NCBI GenBank assembly: GCA_965197475.1
Contig: CBDANF010000002.1
Coordinates: forward strand, 256,001-320,000
Source of the DNA: Candidatus Poribacteria bacterium
Lineage (GTDB): Bacteria; Poribacteria; WGA-4E; WGA-3G
Reading direction: 5' to 3'
DNA length: 64,000 nucleotides
Under the pieces are notes generated by a model. It was given only the letters and a program-made list of their open reading frames with translations. It made no database searches and was not told the origin of the DNA. Both the position numbers and the translations under genes were made by a program. Numbering within the stretch: position 1 is the stretch's first letter; each line of letters starts with the position of its first letter. Shown piece after piece: positions 20,071 to 29,166 of this stretch.

Positions 20071-21018
20071 ATGGACTGGAATCTTTTTGGTTGGGCAGGC
20101 ATTCAGTTAAAGATTCCGACAACTTGGGAAATCAGCGGCATCAGTGGCGATGAAAAGAATGGCTACCTTCGGTTAGATGACGCAGAGATGCCTCGCTTAG
20201 AACTCAAATGGGCAAAGGCACGGAAGAAGAAACCTGACCTACACAAAACACTTGACGAATACTTCAAGTTAGTCCGTAAAAACTACAAACGCGGTGGCAA
20301 TGTCTCATTTCGTAGAAACGTTGACCTTATTAAAGACGAGGATTTCTTAAAAGGCAGCACAGTTCTTGGGTTTAGTTGGAAGGGGGGTATCCGCGCAAAC
20401 GGGTTGATTGTGCATAATCCCGACACCAAACGGATTACCATCGTACAAATCATGGGGAGGCTTAAAGAAAACTGGCGTCCTACGGTGCTCCGCATCTTCC
20501 AATCCATTTCAGACCAAGCAGACCCGCAGCACACCGTCTGGAGTGCGTACGGTCTTAGGCTTGCTGTTCCGACAAATTACAAGTTAGAAAGCCAAAAACT
20601 TCTCAGCGGGTATCTGTTGTTTGCATTTACCAGAGGGAAAAGTCGTAAAATTAGTGTTGAACGTTACGGCCCTGCTGAGGTCTTATTGAACGTATTCAGT
20701 TCGGAACCGAATCCTTTAGAGACTTGGTTTCGGGCACGATATGCAAAAGCGATTCGTGGTTATGGGTTTGAAGTCACTCCACATCACGAAAACGGAGATG
20801 AACGCATAAATTTTGTCGGACAACAGACCCGACTTTACGATAGTGTGCCACTTGGATCTGTGTTGGTACTTGATAAACTCCGAAAACGGACAAGACTTAC
20901 GTTTTTTATATGGCACTGCCATCATACCAATCGTATCTATGTAGTGCAATCGATTGGACGCCACGAAACCTCCGAGAAACTTGCACAAGAGGTCGCAAAA
21001 AGTATCCACTGTCACTGA
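20071..21018 (+). CDS. Hypothetical cytoplasmic protein with internal two-fold repeat
   Basis: 315-aa ORF in the operon; halves start LFGWAGIQLKIPTTWEI and VWSAYGLRLAVPTNYKL. Confidence 0.75.
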   Translation: MDWNLFGWAGIQLKIPTTWEISGISGDEKNGYLRLDDAEMPRLELKWAKARKKKPDLHKTLDEYFKLVRKNYKRGGNVSFRRNVDLIKDEDFLKGSTVLGFSWKGGIRANGLIVHNPDTKRITIVQIMGRLKENWRPTVLRIFQSISDQADPQHTVWSAYGLRLAVPTNYKLESQKLLSGYLLFAFTRGKSRKISVERYGPAEVLLNVFSSEPNPLETWFRARYAKAIRGYGFEVTPHHENGDERINFVGQQTRLYDSVPLGSVLVLDKLRKRTRLTFFIWHCHHTNRIYVVQSIGRHETSEKLAQEVAKSIHCH

Positions 21019-21195
21019 ATCTGAAGTAGTCAAACAATTAAAATCTACTATAACGTGAGTTTGACAAATATCGTAGGTTGGGTAGAACAACGTGAAACCC
21101 AACTATTTTCAAACCACAATGGTTGAGTTGTTAGGTTTCGCAAGCTCTATCCAACCTACATCTGAGGTAGTAGAACATTCAAATTCTACTTATAA
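21019..21195. repeat. REP/REPIN-like inverted pair flanked by imperfect direct repeats
   Basis: gtaggttgggtagaac...gaaacccaac (21073-21103) is inverted to gttaggtttc...tctatccaacctac (21130-21159); flanks 21019-21053 and 21160-21195 are similar direct repeats. Confidence 0.75.
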
Positions 21196-21198
21196 AAC

Positions 21199-21663
21199 AT
21201 GCTTAACAAAGTTTTATACGCGTTTAAACTGAAAAAACGACCTGATGTGGATAGAGGTAAGGTCCTCAAAGCATTCCCGTTACGGCATCAGTTGATAACG
21301 TGGGAATTAGACGACAAGGGGGAAGCATCACTCGTCATTCCGCAGAAAGACAAATTCTGGGTGAGATTTACAAGTAAAATCTTTATGCTCCCAAATAAAC
21401 GGGTTGTTGTGTTGGATAGCATCGGTGCGTACGTATGGCAGATGTGTGATGGGAAGCACACCATATCACAGATTATCAAGGCACTCCAGAAAAAACACCA
21501 GTTGACTCGAAAAGAAGCAGAAACTTCGCTCTTTACCTTTGTACAGCAACTCGGAAAACGAAATTTCATCCAATTTGCTATCCCGACAGAAGCTAAACCG
21601 AATGAAAATGCACCTCAGAAACCGGAGCAAAAAAGGCGTTTTGGGTTTTTATCTAAAGGGTAA
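21199..21663 (+). CDS. PqqD-family (RiPP recognition element-like) protein
   Basis: LDSIGAYVWQMCDGKHTISQIIKAL...EAETSLFTFVQQLGKRNFI fits the PqqD winged-helix pattern. Confidence 0.82.
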   Translation: MLNKVLYAFKLKKRPDVDRGKVLKAFPLRHQLITWELDDKGEASLVIPQKDKFWVRFTSKIFMLPNKRVVVLDSIGAYVWQMCDGKHTISQIIKALQKKHQLTRKEAETSLFTFVQQLGKRNFIQFAIPTEAKPNENAPQKPEQKRRFGFLSKG

Positions 21664-21696
21664 GTGGCAGTTTGACAGCAAAAGGAGAAAACAGAT

Positions 21697-22503
21697 ATGC
21701 AAACAGAAATGGGTGGCGTACAACCAAATCTCGCCGAAACCCCGAAGCGATCCCAACGCATCCTTCCGAAAGAGAACACTGTCCGTGTCAGAAACCTCAT
21801 AAAACGCTATGAAATGGGGACAGCGACAGTGGATGCACTACGCGGCGTTAATTTCCAAATTCAACGCGGCGAATACATCTCTATTATGGGTCCCTCTGGC
21901 TCCGGAAAATCTACACTCTTTAATATGATTGGCGGATTAGACAAACCGACAGAGGGCAGGGTCTATATTGACGAAGTAGATATTGCGCAACTTGACGCTT
22001 ACGAGTTAGCGTGGCTGCGTTGTCGGAAAATCGGTTACATCTTTCAATCGTTCAACTTGATCCCTGTTATGACAGCACTTGAGAATGTCTCGCTTCCGAT
22101 GATTTTTGCTGGTATGAGTGCTGATGAGAGTCGGGAAAAAGGTGTAGACCTACTCTCTCTTGTGGGATTAGGGGACCGTGTCCAGCATAAGCCGCTTGAA
22201 CTCTCTGGTGGACAGCAGCAGCGTGTTGCAATTGCCCGTTCCCTTGCCAACGACCCCGCCATTGTACTCGCTGACGAACCGACCGGAAACTTGGATACCA
22301 AAACGGGGCTTGAAATCATAGATTTGCTGCGCCGACTCAATGACGAAAACGGCGTAACCATTATTACCGCAACACACGACCACAAGATGCTTGATGTCTC
22401 AGATCGGATTTTCCACATGGTAGATGGTAAAGTTGACAAAATTGAGTCGCGTGATGAAATTGACCTTCACGTCGGAAAATTGGACGGTCAGGAAGTCGGA
22501 TAA
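21697..22503 (+). CDS. ABC transporter ATP-binding protein, LolD/MacB/FtsE type
   Basis: GPSGSGKST, IGYIFQSFNL, LSGGQQQRVAIAR, LADEPTGNLD, ATHD. Confidence 0.95.
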   Translation: MQTEMGGVQPNLAETPKRSQRILPKENTVRVRNLIKRYEMGTATVDALRGVNFQIQRGEYISIMGPSGSGKSTLFNMIGGLDKPTEGRVYIDEVDIAQLDAYELAWLRCRKIGYIFQSFNLIPVMTALENVSLPMIFAGMSADESREKGVDLLSLVGLGDRVQHKPLELSGGQQQRVAIARSLANDPAIVLADEPTGNLDTKTGLEIIDLLRRLNDENGVTIITATHDHKMLDVSDRIFHMVDGKVDKIESRDEIDLHVGKLDGQEVG

Positions 22504-22580
22504 CCCGTGAGCGCGTTTTTCAGAGGTGTTGTGTATAAAACCTATACTTTCACCCACGACTCTGAATAAGGAGTCTACCA

Positions 22581-23582
22581 ATGCTCAAAAAGTTGATAAC
22601 TTACTGTCTGTTATTGTGCTTACCGAGTGTCGCTGCCGCCAAAATCGTGTTCCTCTCAAAACGCGATGGGGGCAGCAATATCTATGTGATGGATGATGAC
22701 GGCAGCAATGTTCAAAGACTCACCTTCACACAATTTCCTCAAGTCGATGGGGGACCTGTATGGTCCCCCGATGGCACACGCATTGCGTTTGAGAGAGATA
22801 CAGATACGGGTAAGCCTAAGACAAATCAAAAGTATGATATATTCCTGATGGATGTGGATGGTAGCAATGTGCAGCAGCTCACAGACGATCGCGCGCTGGA
22901 TGGGGGATGTACGTGGTCACCGGATGGGGGCCGCATCGCTTTTACCAGTACTCGGAACAAGGGGTTTGATATCTATGTGATGGATATTTTAACCCGAGAA
23001 GTTGAGCAACTGACGCACAACCCAGGGAATAGAGATTGGGCTAAGAAACCCTCCTGGTCGCCCAATGGCAAACATATTGCCTACGAACAGGCACTCTTCG
23101 GAGGCTTCTTAAATGCGGGGACAACGATCTACGTGATGAATGCGGATGGCAACGGGGCAAAAGAACTTGTTCGCTCTGATAATGATTGGGCACGTGCGTC
23201 ACCCCGCTGGTCACCCGATAGCAAATCTATTTTGTACTCCGAGTCACGCTATGCGTTAGTCGGAAAGATTACGAAGTGGGTTGCCAGCAATGTGGTGATT
23301 CAGCGGAACGGTAGCAAAGTGCACAGGATTTTAAATACCCCGAAAAAGTGGTTAGTCAATTCTGTGTGTTGGATGGATAACGGGAAATAGGTGCTGATTG
23401 CCGCACAGGATGCCCAAGGTGAGCAGATTGACATTTACCGGTATCACCTCGTTACCGGACAGATAACCAACCTTACAAACCATCCAGCACTTGACAACTC
23501 AATGAATTGGATCAGTGATGATGTGCTGTCTGTAACACCACGCGGGAAAATAAGCCTAATATGGGGAACACTCAAAAAGTGA
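22581..23582 (+). pseudogene. Secreted TolB-like propeller protein interrupted by an in-frame TAG at 23388-23390
   Basis: Signal peptide and WSPDG repeats; frame continues after TAG (VLIAA...ITNLTNHP...KISLIWGTLKK). Confidence 0.75.
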
Positions 23583-23666
23583 AACTCGCCAAATGCCATA
23601 AGCGTATTTGAAGTTGATTCCGCGTATTCTGCCACGCACATTTGGCGTTGATTTGCCAAAACCGAA

Positions 23667-23954
23667 TTATACTAAATTAACCCAATTTGTAGCGTGAGGT
23701 CTCTGGGTTCTCCTCGCAATGCTGACTTTATCAGAAAAATACTAATCAAGTTAATTTGGTATTATACGCAATTAACGCGATTTGTAGCGCGAGGTCTCCG
23801 TGCCTCGCAATGTTAACCGCTATTAGAAAACTTCCGCTCATGTAAAAGGTGTGTGCGGTTATTTTCATGAAGGCAATGGCCACACGGGTTAAATTTTCAT
23901 TTGCACTCATTCTTTACATGAGCCAAAACTTCTAATCCCGTTAATTTGGTATTA
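23667..23954. repeat. Two tandem MITE-like elements carrying GTAG REP-like palindromes
   Basis: Ends ttatac(ta/gc)aattaac ... gttaatttggtatta at 23667-23764 and 23762-23954; each contains atttgtagcgYgaggtctc..cctcgcaatg. Confidence 0.7.
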
Positions 23955-23955
23955 G

Positions 23956-23993
23956 AAGAAAGGCAAGTAACGGTATAGTTGCCTGCCTTTCTT
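23956..23993. terminator. Hairpin, possible intrinsic terminator
   Basis: aagaaaggcaagtaac-ggtata-gttgcctgcctttctt followed by T-rich sequence. Confidence 0.45.
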
Positions 23994-24048
23994 TATTATT
24001 TTGCGTGCGTTCAACCGCTATGCAAATTTCGTAGGTAAAAACGCTTCC

Positions 24049-25167
24049 ATGTCCATCTACAAACGTTTAGGTATCCAGACAGTTATCAATGGTAACGCCA
24101 CCTTAACACGCCTCGGTGGCTCCATAATGCCACCTGAAGTCGTTGCAGCGATGGCTGAGGCATCAAAGCATTTTGTAGACATCATTGAACTTCAAAAACG
24201 AGTCGGTGAAGAAATAGCAAAACTTACCCATAACGAAGCAGCGTATGTCTCCAATGGTGCTGCATCTGCCCTGACGCTTAGTACCGCAGCTTGTATAACT
24301 GGACTGGATGCTGGCAAACGTGCTAAATTACCTCACCTTGACAACTCAATGAAAAGCGAAGTTATCGTGCATCGTCACGGTAGAGTCGGATACGATTTTG
24401 CCGTGCGACAGGTCGGTGTCACATTCGTGGAGATAGGTGACGAAAACGGCACAACACCAATCGAACTCGAAAACGCTATCACCGATAAAACCGCTGCAAT
24501 CTTCTACTTTGCAAACCCCGGTAGAGAACACCTTTGGGTGTCTTACGAAAAAGGCATTGAAATTGCCAAAAAGCACGGTGTGCCATTGATTGTTGATGCC
24601 GCAGCACAGTTGCCACCGCCAGAAAACTTATGGTGTTTTACACATGAGGGAGCAGATTTGGCAATGTTTAGTGGTGGAAAAGGGTTGTGTGGTCCGCAAA
24701 GTAGTGGCTTAATTGTCGGTAAAAAATCGCTGATTGAGGCTATTGCATTCAATGGACCGCCTCATCCTTTCATCGGCAGAGGTATGAAGGTCGGTAAAGA
24801 AGAGATGGTTGGATTGCTGGCAGCAGTGGAATGGTATCTGAATCAAGACCACGACCAATTAATGCAGTCCTACGAAGATCAAGTTACCTACTATACGGAA
24901 GTGTTTAAGGACATCCAAGGCGTTACTGTGCATCGTAGCTTCCCATCTGAAGCGGGGCAACCGATGCCTCGCACCGAAATCCGATTTGACGCAGAACAAC
25001 TCGGCATCACCCGTGATGAAATTCTCCATCAACTACAAACAGGTGAACCCGCGATAGATATTGCTGGTGCAGGTGCGAACGGCGTACTCATAAACGGACA
25101 AACCTTGATGCCAGGAGAAGTAGAAATTATTGCAAAAAGATTAAAGGAGATTCTACTTGCACTGTAG
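24049..25167 (+). CDS. SelA-like/DgaE-family PLP-dependent enzyme
   Basis: VINGNATLTRLGGS, IVDAAAQ, FSGGKGLCGPQSSG, IGRGMKVGKEE. Confidence 0.85.
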   Translation: MSIYKRLGIQTVINGNATLTRLGGSIMPPEVVAAMAEASKHFVDIIELQKRVGEEIAKLTHNEAAYVSNGAASALTLSTAACITGLDAGKRAKLPHLDNSMKSEVIVHRHGRVGYDFAVRQVGVTFVEIGDENGTTPIELENAITDKTAAIFYFANPGREHLWVSYEKGIEIAKKHGVPLIVDAAAQLPPPENLWCFTHEGADLAMFSGGKGLCGPQSSGLIVGKKSLIEAIAFNGPPHPFIGRGMKVGKEEMVGLLAAVEWYLNQDHDQLMQSYEDQVTYYTEVFKDIQGVTVHRSFPSEAGQPMPRTEIRFDAEQLGITRDEILHQLQTGEPAIDIAGAGANGVLINGQTLMPGEVEIIAKRLKEILLAL

Positions 25168-25232
25168 CGCAAGGTCTCTGTGCCTCAGCGATGCTTACTT
25201 TATTAAAGCATATCATAAAAATAAGGAATACC

Positions 25233-25943
25233 ATGAAACTTAACAACGGAATACGTCTAACATGGCTCGGACATGCCACCTTTAAAATTGAAACCAAAGG
25301 TAAGACCTTCTTAATTGACCCGTGGGTTGATAGCAACCCCATCTGTCCCGATGAACTTAAAGTCTTTGACACCCTTGACTATATACTCATAACGCATGGA
25401 CATTGGGATCACATATCGGATGCTATCCCAATTGCGAAAAAACACACGCCAACAGTTGTGTCTATCATTGAGATAGCAAAATGGCTTGATAATCAAGGCG
25501 TTGAGAACACGATAGGCATGAATAAAGGTGGCACCGTAACGGTCAGTGGCGTGAAAGCAACGATGGTAACTGCAAACCATAGCAGCAGTTTTACAGAGGA
25601 AGATGGGACTATAGTCTATTTAGGTGAGCCGGCAGGTTTCGTGCTTGAGTTTGCTAACGGATATAAAATATATCACGCTGGTGATACAAATGTGTTCGGG
25701 GATATGAAAATAATCGGTGAGATATATCAACCCGACTTGGCACTGCTTCCTATTGGAGACCATTTCACGATGGGACCACGTGAAGCTGCTTATGCTACAC
25801 AATTGCTCAATGTGCCAACAATTATACCCATGCATTACGGTACCTTTCCGCTGTTGACAGGAACACCGGAAGAATTTCGTAAATTGACAGCCTCTCAGGA
25901 TGTAGAAATTATTGAATTAGAGGTCGGGGAAACCTTAGATTAA
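25233..25943 (+). CDS. UPF0173/UlaG-like metallo-beta-lactamase-fold hydrolase
   Basis: TWLGHA, THGHWDH, HAGDT, LPIGDHFTMGP, PMHYGTF. Confidence 0.9.
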   Translation: MKLNNGIRLTWLGHATFKIETKGKTFLIDPWVDSNPICPDELKVFDTLDYILITHGHWDHISDAIPIAKKHTPTVVSIIEIAKWLDNQGVENTIGMNKGGTVTVSGVKATMVTANHSSSFTEEDGTIVYLGEPAGFVLEFANGYKIYHAGDTNVFGDMKIIGEIYQPDLALLPIGDHFTMGPREAAYATQLLNVPTIIPMHYGTFPLLTGTPEEFRKLTASQDVEIIELEVGETLD

Positions 25944-26849
25944 GGTGTTTCGATAAGGACCGTGAAGTCCAAAGGCATAAGCGGTTTTTAACAGTTCTTG
26001 CGGGTTGCCAGTATCATAACGTTTGCCTGCAACGCGGTAGCCGGACATCCCTTCCTGCTTTACCACTTCAGCCATTGCGTCGCGCAGCTGAATCTCACCG
26101 TGCGTTAGAATCTTGTTGCGGTAGTTGTAATCCAGTATGTCAAACAGCAGAGGTGTGAGTAGATCAATCCCAAAATGACATAGATATTGATGCGTATCCT
26201 CAGCATCCCATATCCCTTCAACGCGCATGTGTTCTCTCGCAAAATCCACAGTCGGTTTTTCAGCAATGCATGCTAACTCAAAAAGACGAGGTGAATCAGG
26301 TTCTGGACTTCCTTGCACAATCCCGTTCACAGAGAGTTCGCTTTCATCACACACATCAAGACTTGTCACAGATTTGCCAACCTGCGCGTAGACATCTACC
26401 AACTGTTTTGCACAAGAAACATCCATCTCTGATATATACAAGTGGTCACCAAGCAGAATCATAACAGGTTCGCCTGCCGCAAAATCTCTGGCACAATAGA
26501 TGGCATGTCCGAACCCTTGCGGTTCCGCTTGAATTGCAAATTGCAGACGCTCCCCGATCTCTGCCAATCTATCAGCTTGCACCGCCAATTCCGGCTTTTC
26601 ACGAATAGCATCTGGAACGGCACCAGAAAAATAGTTGGTGATAGGGTCAACTTGGTGCGGTTGTGCAACGAGACACACCTCTTCCACGCCAGCTGTTAAC
26701 GCCTCCTCAATTATCAACTGAATGATCGGTTTTGCGAGACCATCCTGCGCGATAATTGGGAAAAGTGCTTTCGGTACAGCTTTCGTTGCGGGGAAGAGGC
26801 GTGTTCCGTATCCAGCGATCGGAATAACCGCCTTTTGAATTGATTGCAT
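25935..26849 (-). CDS. galU: UTP--glucose-1-phosphate uridylyltransferase-like nucleotidyltransferase
   Basis: KAVIPIAGYGTRLFPATKAVPKAL, QGFGHA, LGD, AEKP, GEIQLRDA, RYDTG. Confidence 0.75.
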   Translation of the reverse strand: MQSIQKAVIPIAGYGTRLFPATKAVPKALFPIIAQDGLAKPIIQLIIEEALTAGVEEVCLVAQPHQVDPITNYFSGAVPDAIREKPELAVQADRLAEIGERLQFAIQAEPQGFGHAIYCARDFAAGEPVMILLGDHLYISEMDVSCAKQLVDVYAQVGKSVTSLDVCDESELSVNGIVQGSPEPDSPRLFELACIAEKPTVDFAREHMRVEGIWDAEDTHQYLCHFGIDLLTPLLFDILDYNYRNKILTHGEIQLRDAMAEVVKQEGMSGYRVAGKRYDTGNPQELLKTAYAFGLHGPYRNTLI

Positions 26850-26856
26850 CGTCCTT

Positions 26857-27624
26857 TTAGATTCTCTTCCGCTTGAGTGCCCCCCAAGTGGTAGAAAGTT
26901 TTTCAGCAGGTTCAACAGGTAATTGATCGGATTTCGCCTCAAAGTTCTGCATAACCTCATCAGCACTTAGCACCCGGTTATAGATGCGGACGTTATCTAT
27001 CATCCCGTTCAGGAATCTGCCGTTGTGTTCACTGCCGATTCGACGTTCATTCATGTTTTCAGGTGCTGCACCAGCATTGCCTTGTGCCTTTAATTCTCCA
27101 TCTACATAGAGTTTCAGTTCATTGGCTGCCGGATTGGTCGTGTAAATGATGTGATACCAAGTGTTAGCCTGAGCGGCAAAGCGAATCTTATCACCGCCGT
27201 TCTTCTGGGTCTGAATTTCGTTTGACTCAAACTTGAAGTGGATCTTGCCCACTGCCCGCTGCCACGTCGAAACAATGCCTTGACTGGTGCCAGGGGTGGT
27301 TGTATACGCGTAGCATTCAACTGACGCAAGCTCAAACCCACCCATGGCAGGAATTTCAACGTATTTGTTCGCTACGCCTTTAAATTCCAAAGCGTCTCCT
27401 ACAGGACCTTCTACGAAATCAAGTTTACCGCTCAACGTTGCATGGTTGTCATTGCCAGAAGTATCCATGACATTTTCACCATCAATATCAGACTTATTGA
27501 GCGTATACATGGCGACGAGACCGTCTGTCACAAAATCTTTTGCTGCATCAGCCGCGTTTACACACCAGAAAGTGGTAAGTAGTAGACTGAGGATACAAAT
27601 CACGTTTATAGTTTTGCGACTCAT
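26857..27624 (-). CDS. Secreted LamG-like jelly-roll protein
   Basis: Signal peptide, DTSGNDNHATL, LKLYVDG, GMIDNVRIYNRVLS; tail KLSTTWGALK. Confidence 0.87.
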   Translation of the reverse strand: MSRKTINVICILSLLLTTFWCVNAADAAKDFVTDGLVAMYTLNKSDIDGENVMDTSGNDNHATLSGKLDFVEGPVGDALEFKGVANKYVEIPAMGGFELASVECYAYTTTPGTSQGIVSTWQRAVGKIHFKFESNEIQTQKNGGDKIRFAAQANTWYHIIYTTNPAANELKLYVDGELKAQGNAGAAPENMNERRIGSEHNGRFLNGMIDNVRIYNRVLSADEVMQNFEAKSDQLPVEPAEKLSTTWGALKRKRI

Positions 27625-28077
27625 TTGATTCTCCTTTAGTTTGGCACCCGAGAGGGTAAATATTCCACCTGTCAGATGCCATGTGTTATAAATTAACTTC
27701 AGATTACCTGATAGATATGAGCAAAAACCTTTAAACTAACAGGACATCAAACCAATGCACGTAACATAACATATTTTTTCAAATTTGTCAAGAAGTTTTT
27801 TTCGGACAGGGCTATTTAGTTTTCTATATTCCTGACACATAATCTCTGACACATTTTATCACATACGTTAATGTTTTATAATAGTATTGCAACTCTACCC
27901 GACGGACGATATAAACTTTCAGTAACACCAATCGACTGAAAATTATTAAAACTAAATAACCCTGGAATTGCTTTGCATGTTTATTGACAATCTGATATAG
28001 TATATCGTAAGAAATGTAAATATACATCTTGAAAGCGAAGGTACGCACCTCAAAACGCACTTATTGGAACAAAAATA

Positions 28078-29157
28078 ATGAACACTTTCGGACACCTTTT
28101 TCGGATTACAACTTGGGGCGAATCACATGGTCCTGCTGTTGGCGTTGTTGTTGACGGATGCCCACCACAGATGGACCTGGATATATCCGCAATTCAATAT
28201 GAACTCAATCGTCGGAGGCCAGGGCAAAGTCATCTCACGACACCGCGCCAAGAAGGGGATGCTATTGAAATACTCTCTGGCGTATTTGAAGGCAAAACAC
28301 TCGGAACGCCTATCTCAATGCTGGTGTGGAATAAGAACGAGCGTCCATCAGACTATACACCCCTGAAAGATCTCTACCGTCCCTCACACGCGGATTTTAC
28401 CTATCAACAGAAGTATGGCATTCGGAACTGGCAGGGAGGTGGCAGAGCGAGTGCGCGGGAAACCATCGGGCGCGTTGCTGCAGGCGCAATCGCGAAGCAG
28501 ATTCTGCGTGAGCGATGTGATACCGAGACACTTGCGTATGTCAAACAGATCCATACATTGGAAGCCACAGTAGATACTGACACAGTAACACTTGAAGATA
28601 TAGAAGCAAGCCCGGTGCGGTGTCCCGACCTGATCGTTAGTCAGAAAATGACGGAACGTATTGATCAGGCGAGACGAGATAGAGATTCTCTCGGTGGTAT
28701 CATTGAATCGGTTACTCGTAACGTTCCGGTTGGTCTCGGTGAACCTGTCTTTGACAAACTCAAGGCGGATTTGGCGAAAGGAATGATGTCTTTACCCGCA
28801 ACGATGGGATTTCAGATCGGTTCCGGCTTTGGTGGTATCACAATGACAGGTTCTGAACACAACGATGAATTCTACAATGAAGAAGGGCGAATTCGCACCC
28901 GCACAAACAATTCCGGCGGAACACAGGGAGGTATTTCAAACGGTGAAAATATCGTATTCCAAGTCGCTTTCAAACCTACAGCAACAATCGGCAAACCGCA
29001 ACAGACTGTGGATATGGACGGAAACGAGGTGACTTTAGAGGCAAGTGGACGGCATGACCCATGCGTGTTAGTACGTGCTCCTGCTATTGTGGAGGCGATG
29101 GCAGCACTCGTACTCACAGATCATCTCCTTCGTCAACAGGCAAAATTGCAGACGTAG
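28078..29157 (+). CDS. aroC: Chorismate synthase
   Basis: [45 protein letters not shown]. Confidence 0.97.
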   Translation: MNTFGHLFRITTWGESHGPAVGVVVDGCPPQMDLDISAIQYELNRRRPGQSHLTTPRQEGDAIEILSGVFEGKTLGTPISMLVWNKNERPSDYTPLKDLYRPSHADFTYQQKYGIRNWQGGGRASARETIGRVAAGAIAKQILRERCDTETLAYVKQIHTLEATVDTDTVTLEDIEASPVRCPDLIVSQKMTERIDQARRDRDSLGGIIESVTRNVPVGLGEPVFDKLKADLAKGMMSLPATMGFQIGSGFGGITMTGSEHNDEFYNEEGRIRTRTNNSGGTQGGISNGENIVFQVAFKPTATIGKPQQTVDMDGNEVTLEASGRHDPCVLVRAPAIVEAMAALVLTDHLLRQQAKLQT

Positions 29158-29166
29158 TACAAGGAG

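Noticed and set aside
23388-23390. Alternative genetic code (TAG reassignment)
   Set aside because: TAG terminates conserved genes such as leuS, aroC, rpmI and pheT at their expected ends
21019-23954. CRISPR array
   Set aside because: Repeats occur only as pairs or inverted units with no regular repeat-spacer period; no cas genes
24049-25167. True selenocysteine synthase selA
   Set aside because: Shorter than SelA, has the DgaE-like GRGMKVGKE motif, and no selB/selC/selD nearby
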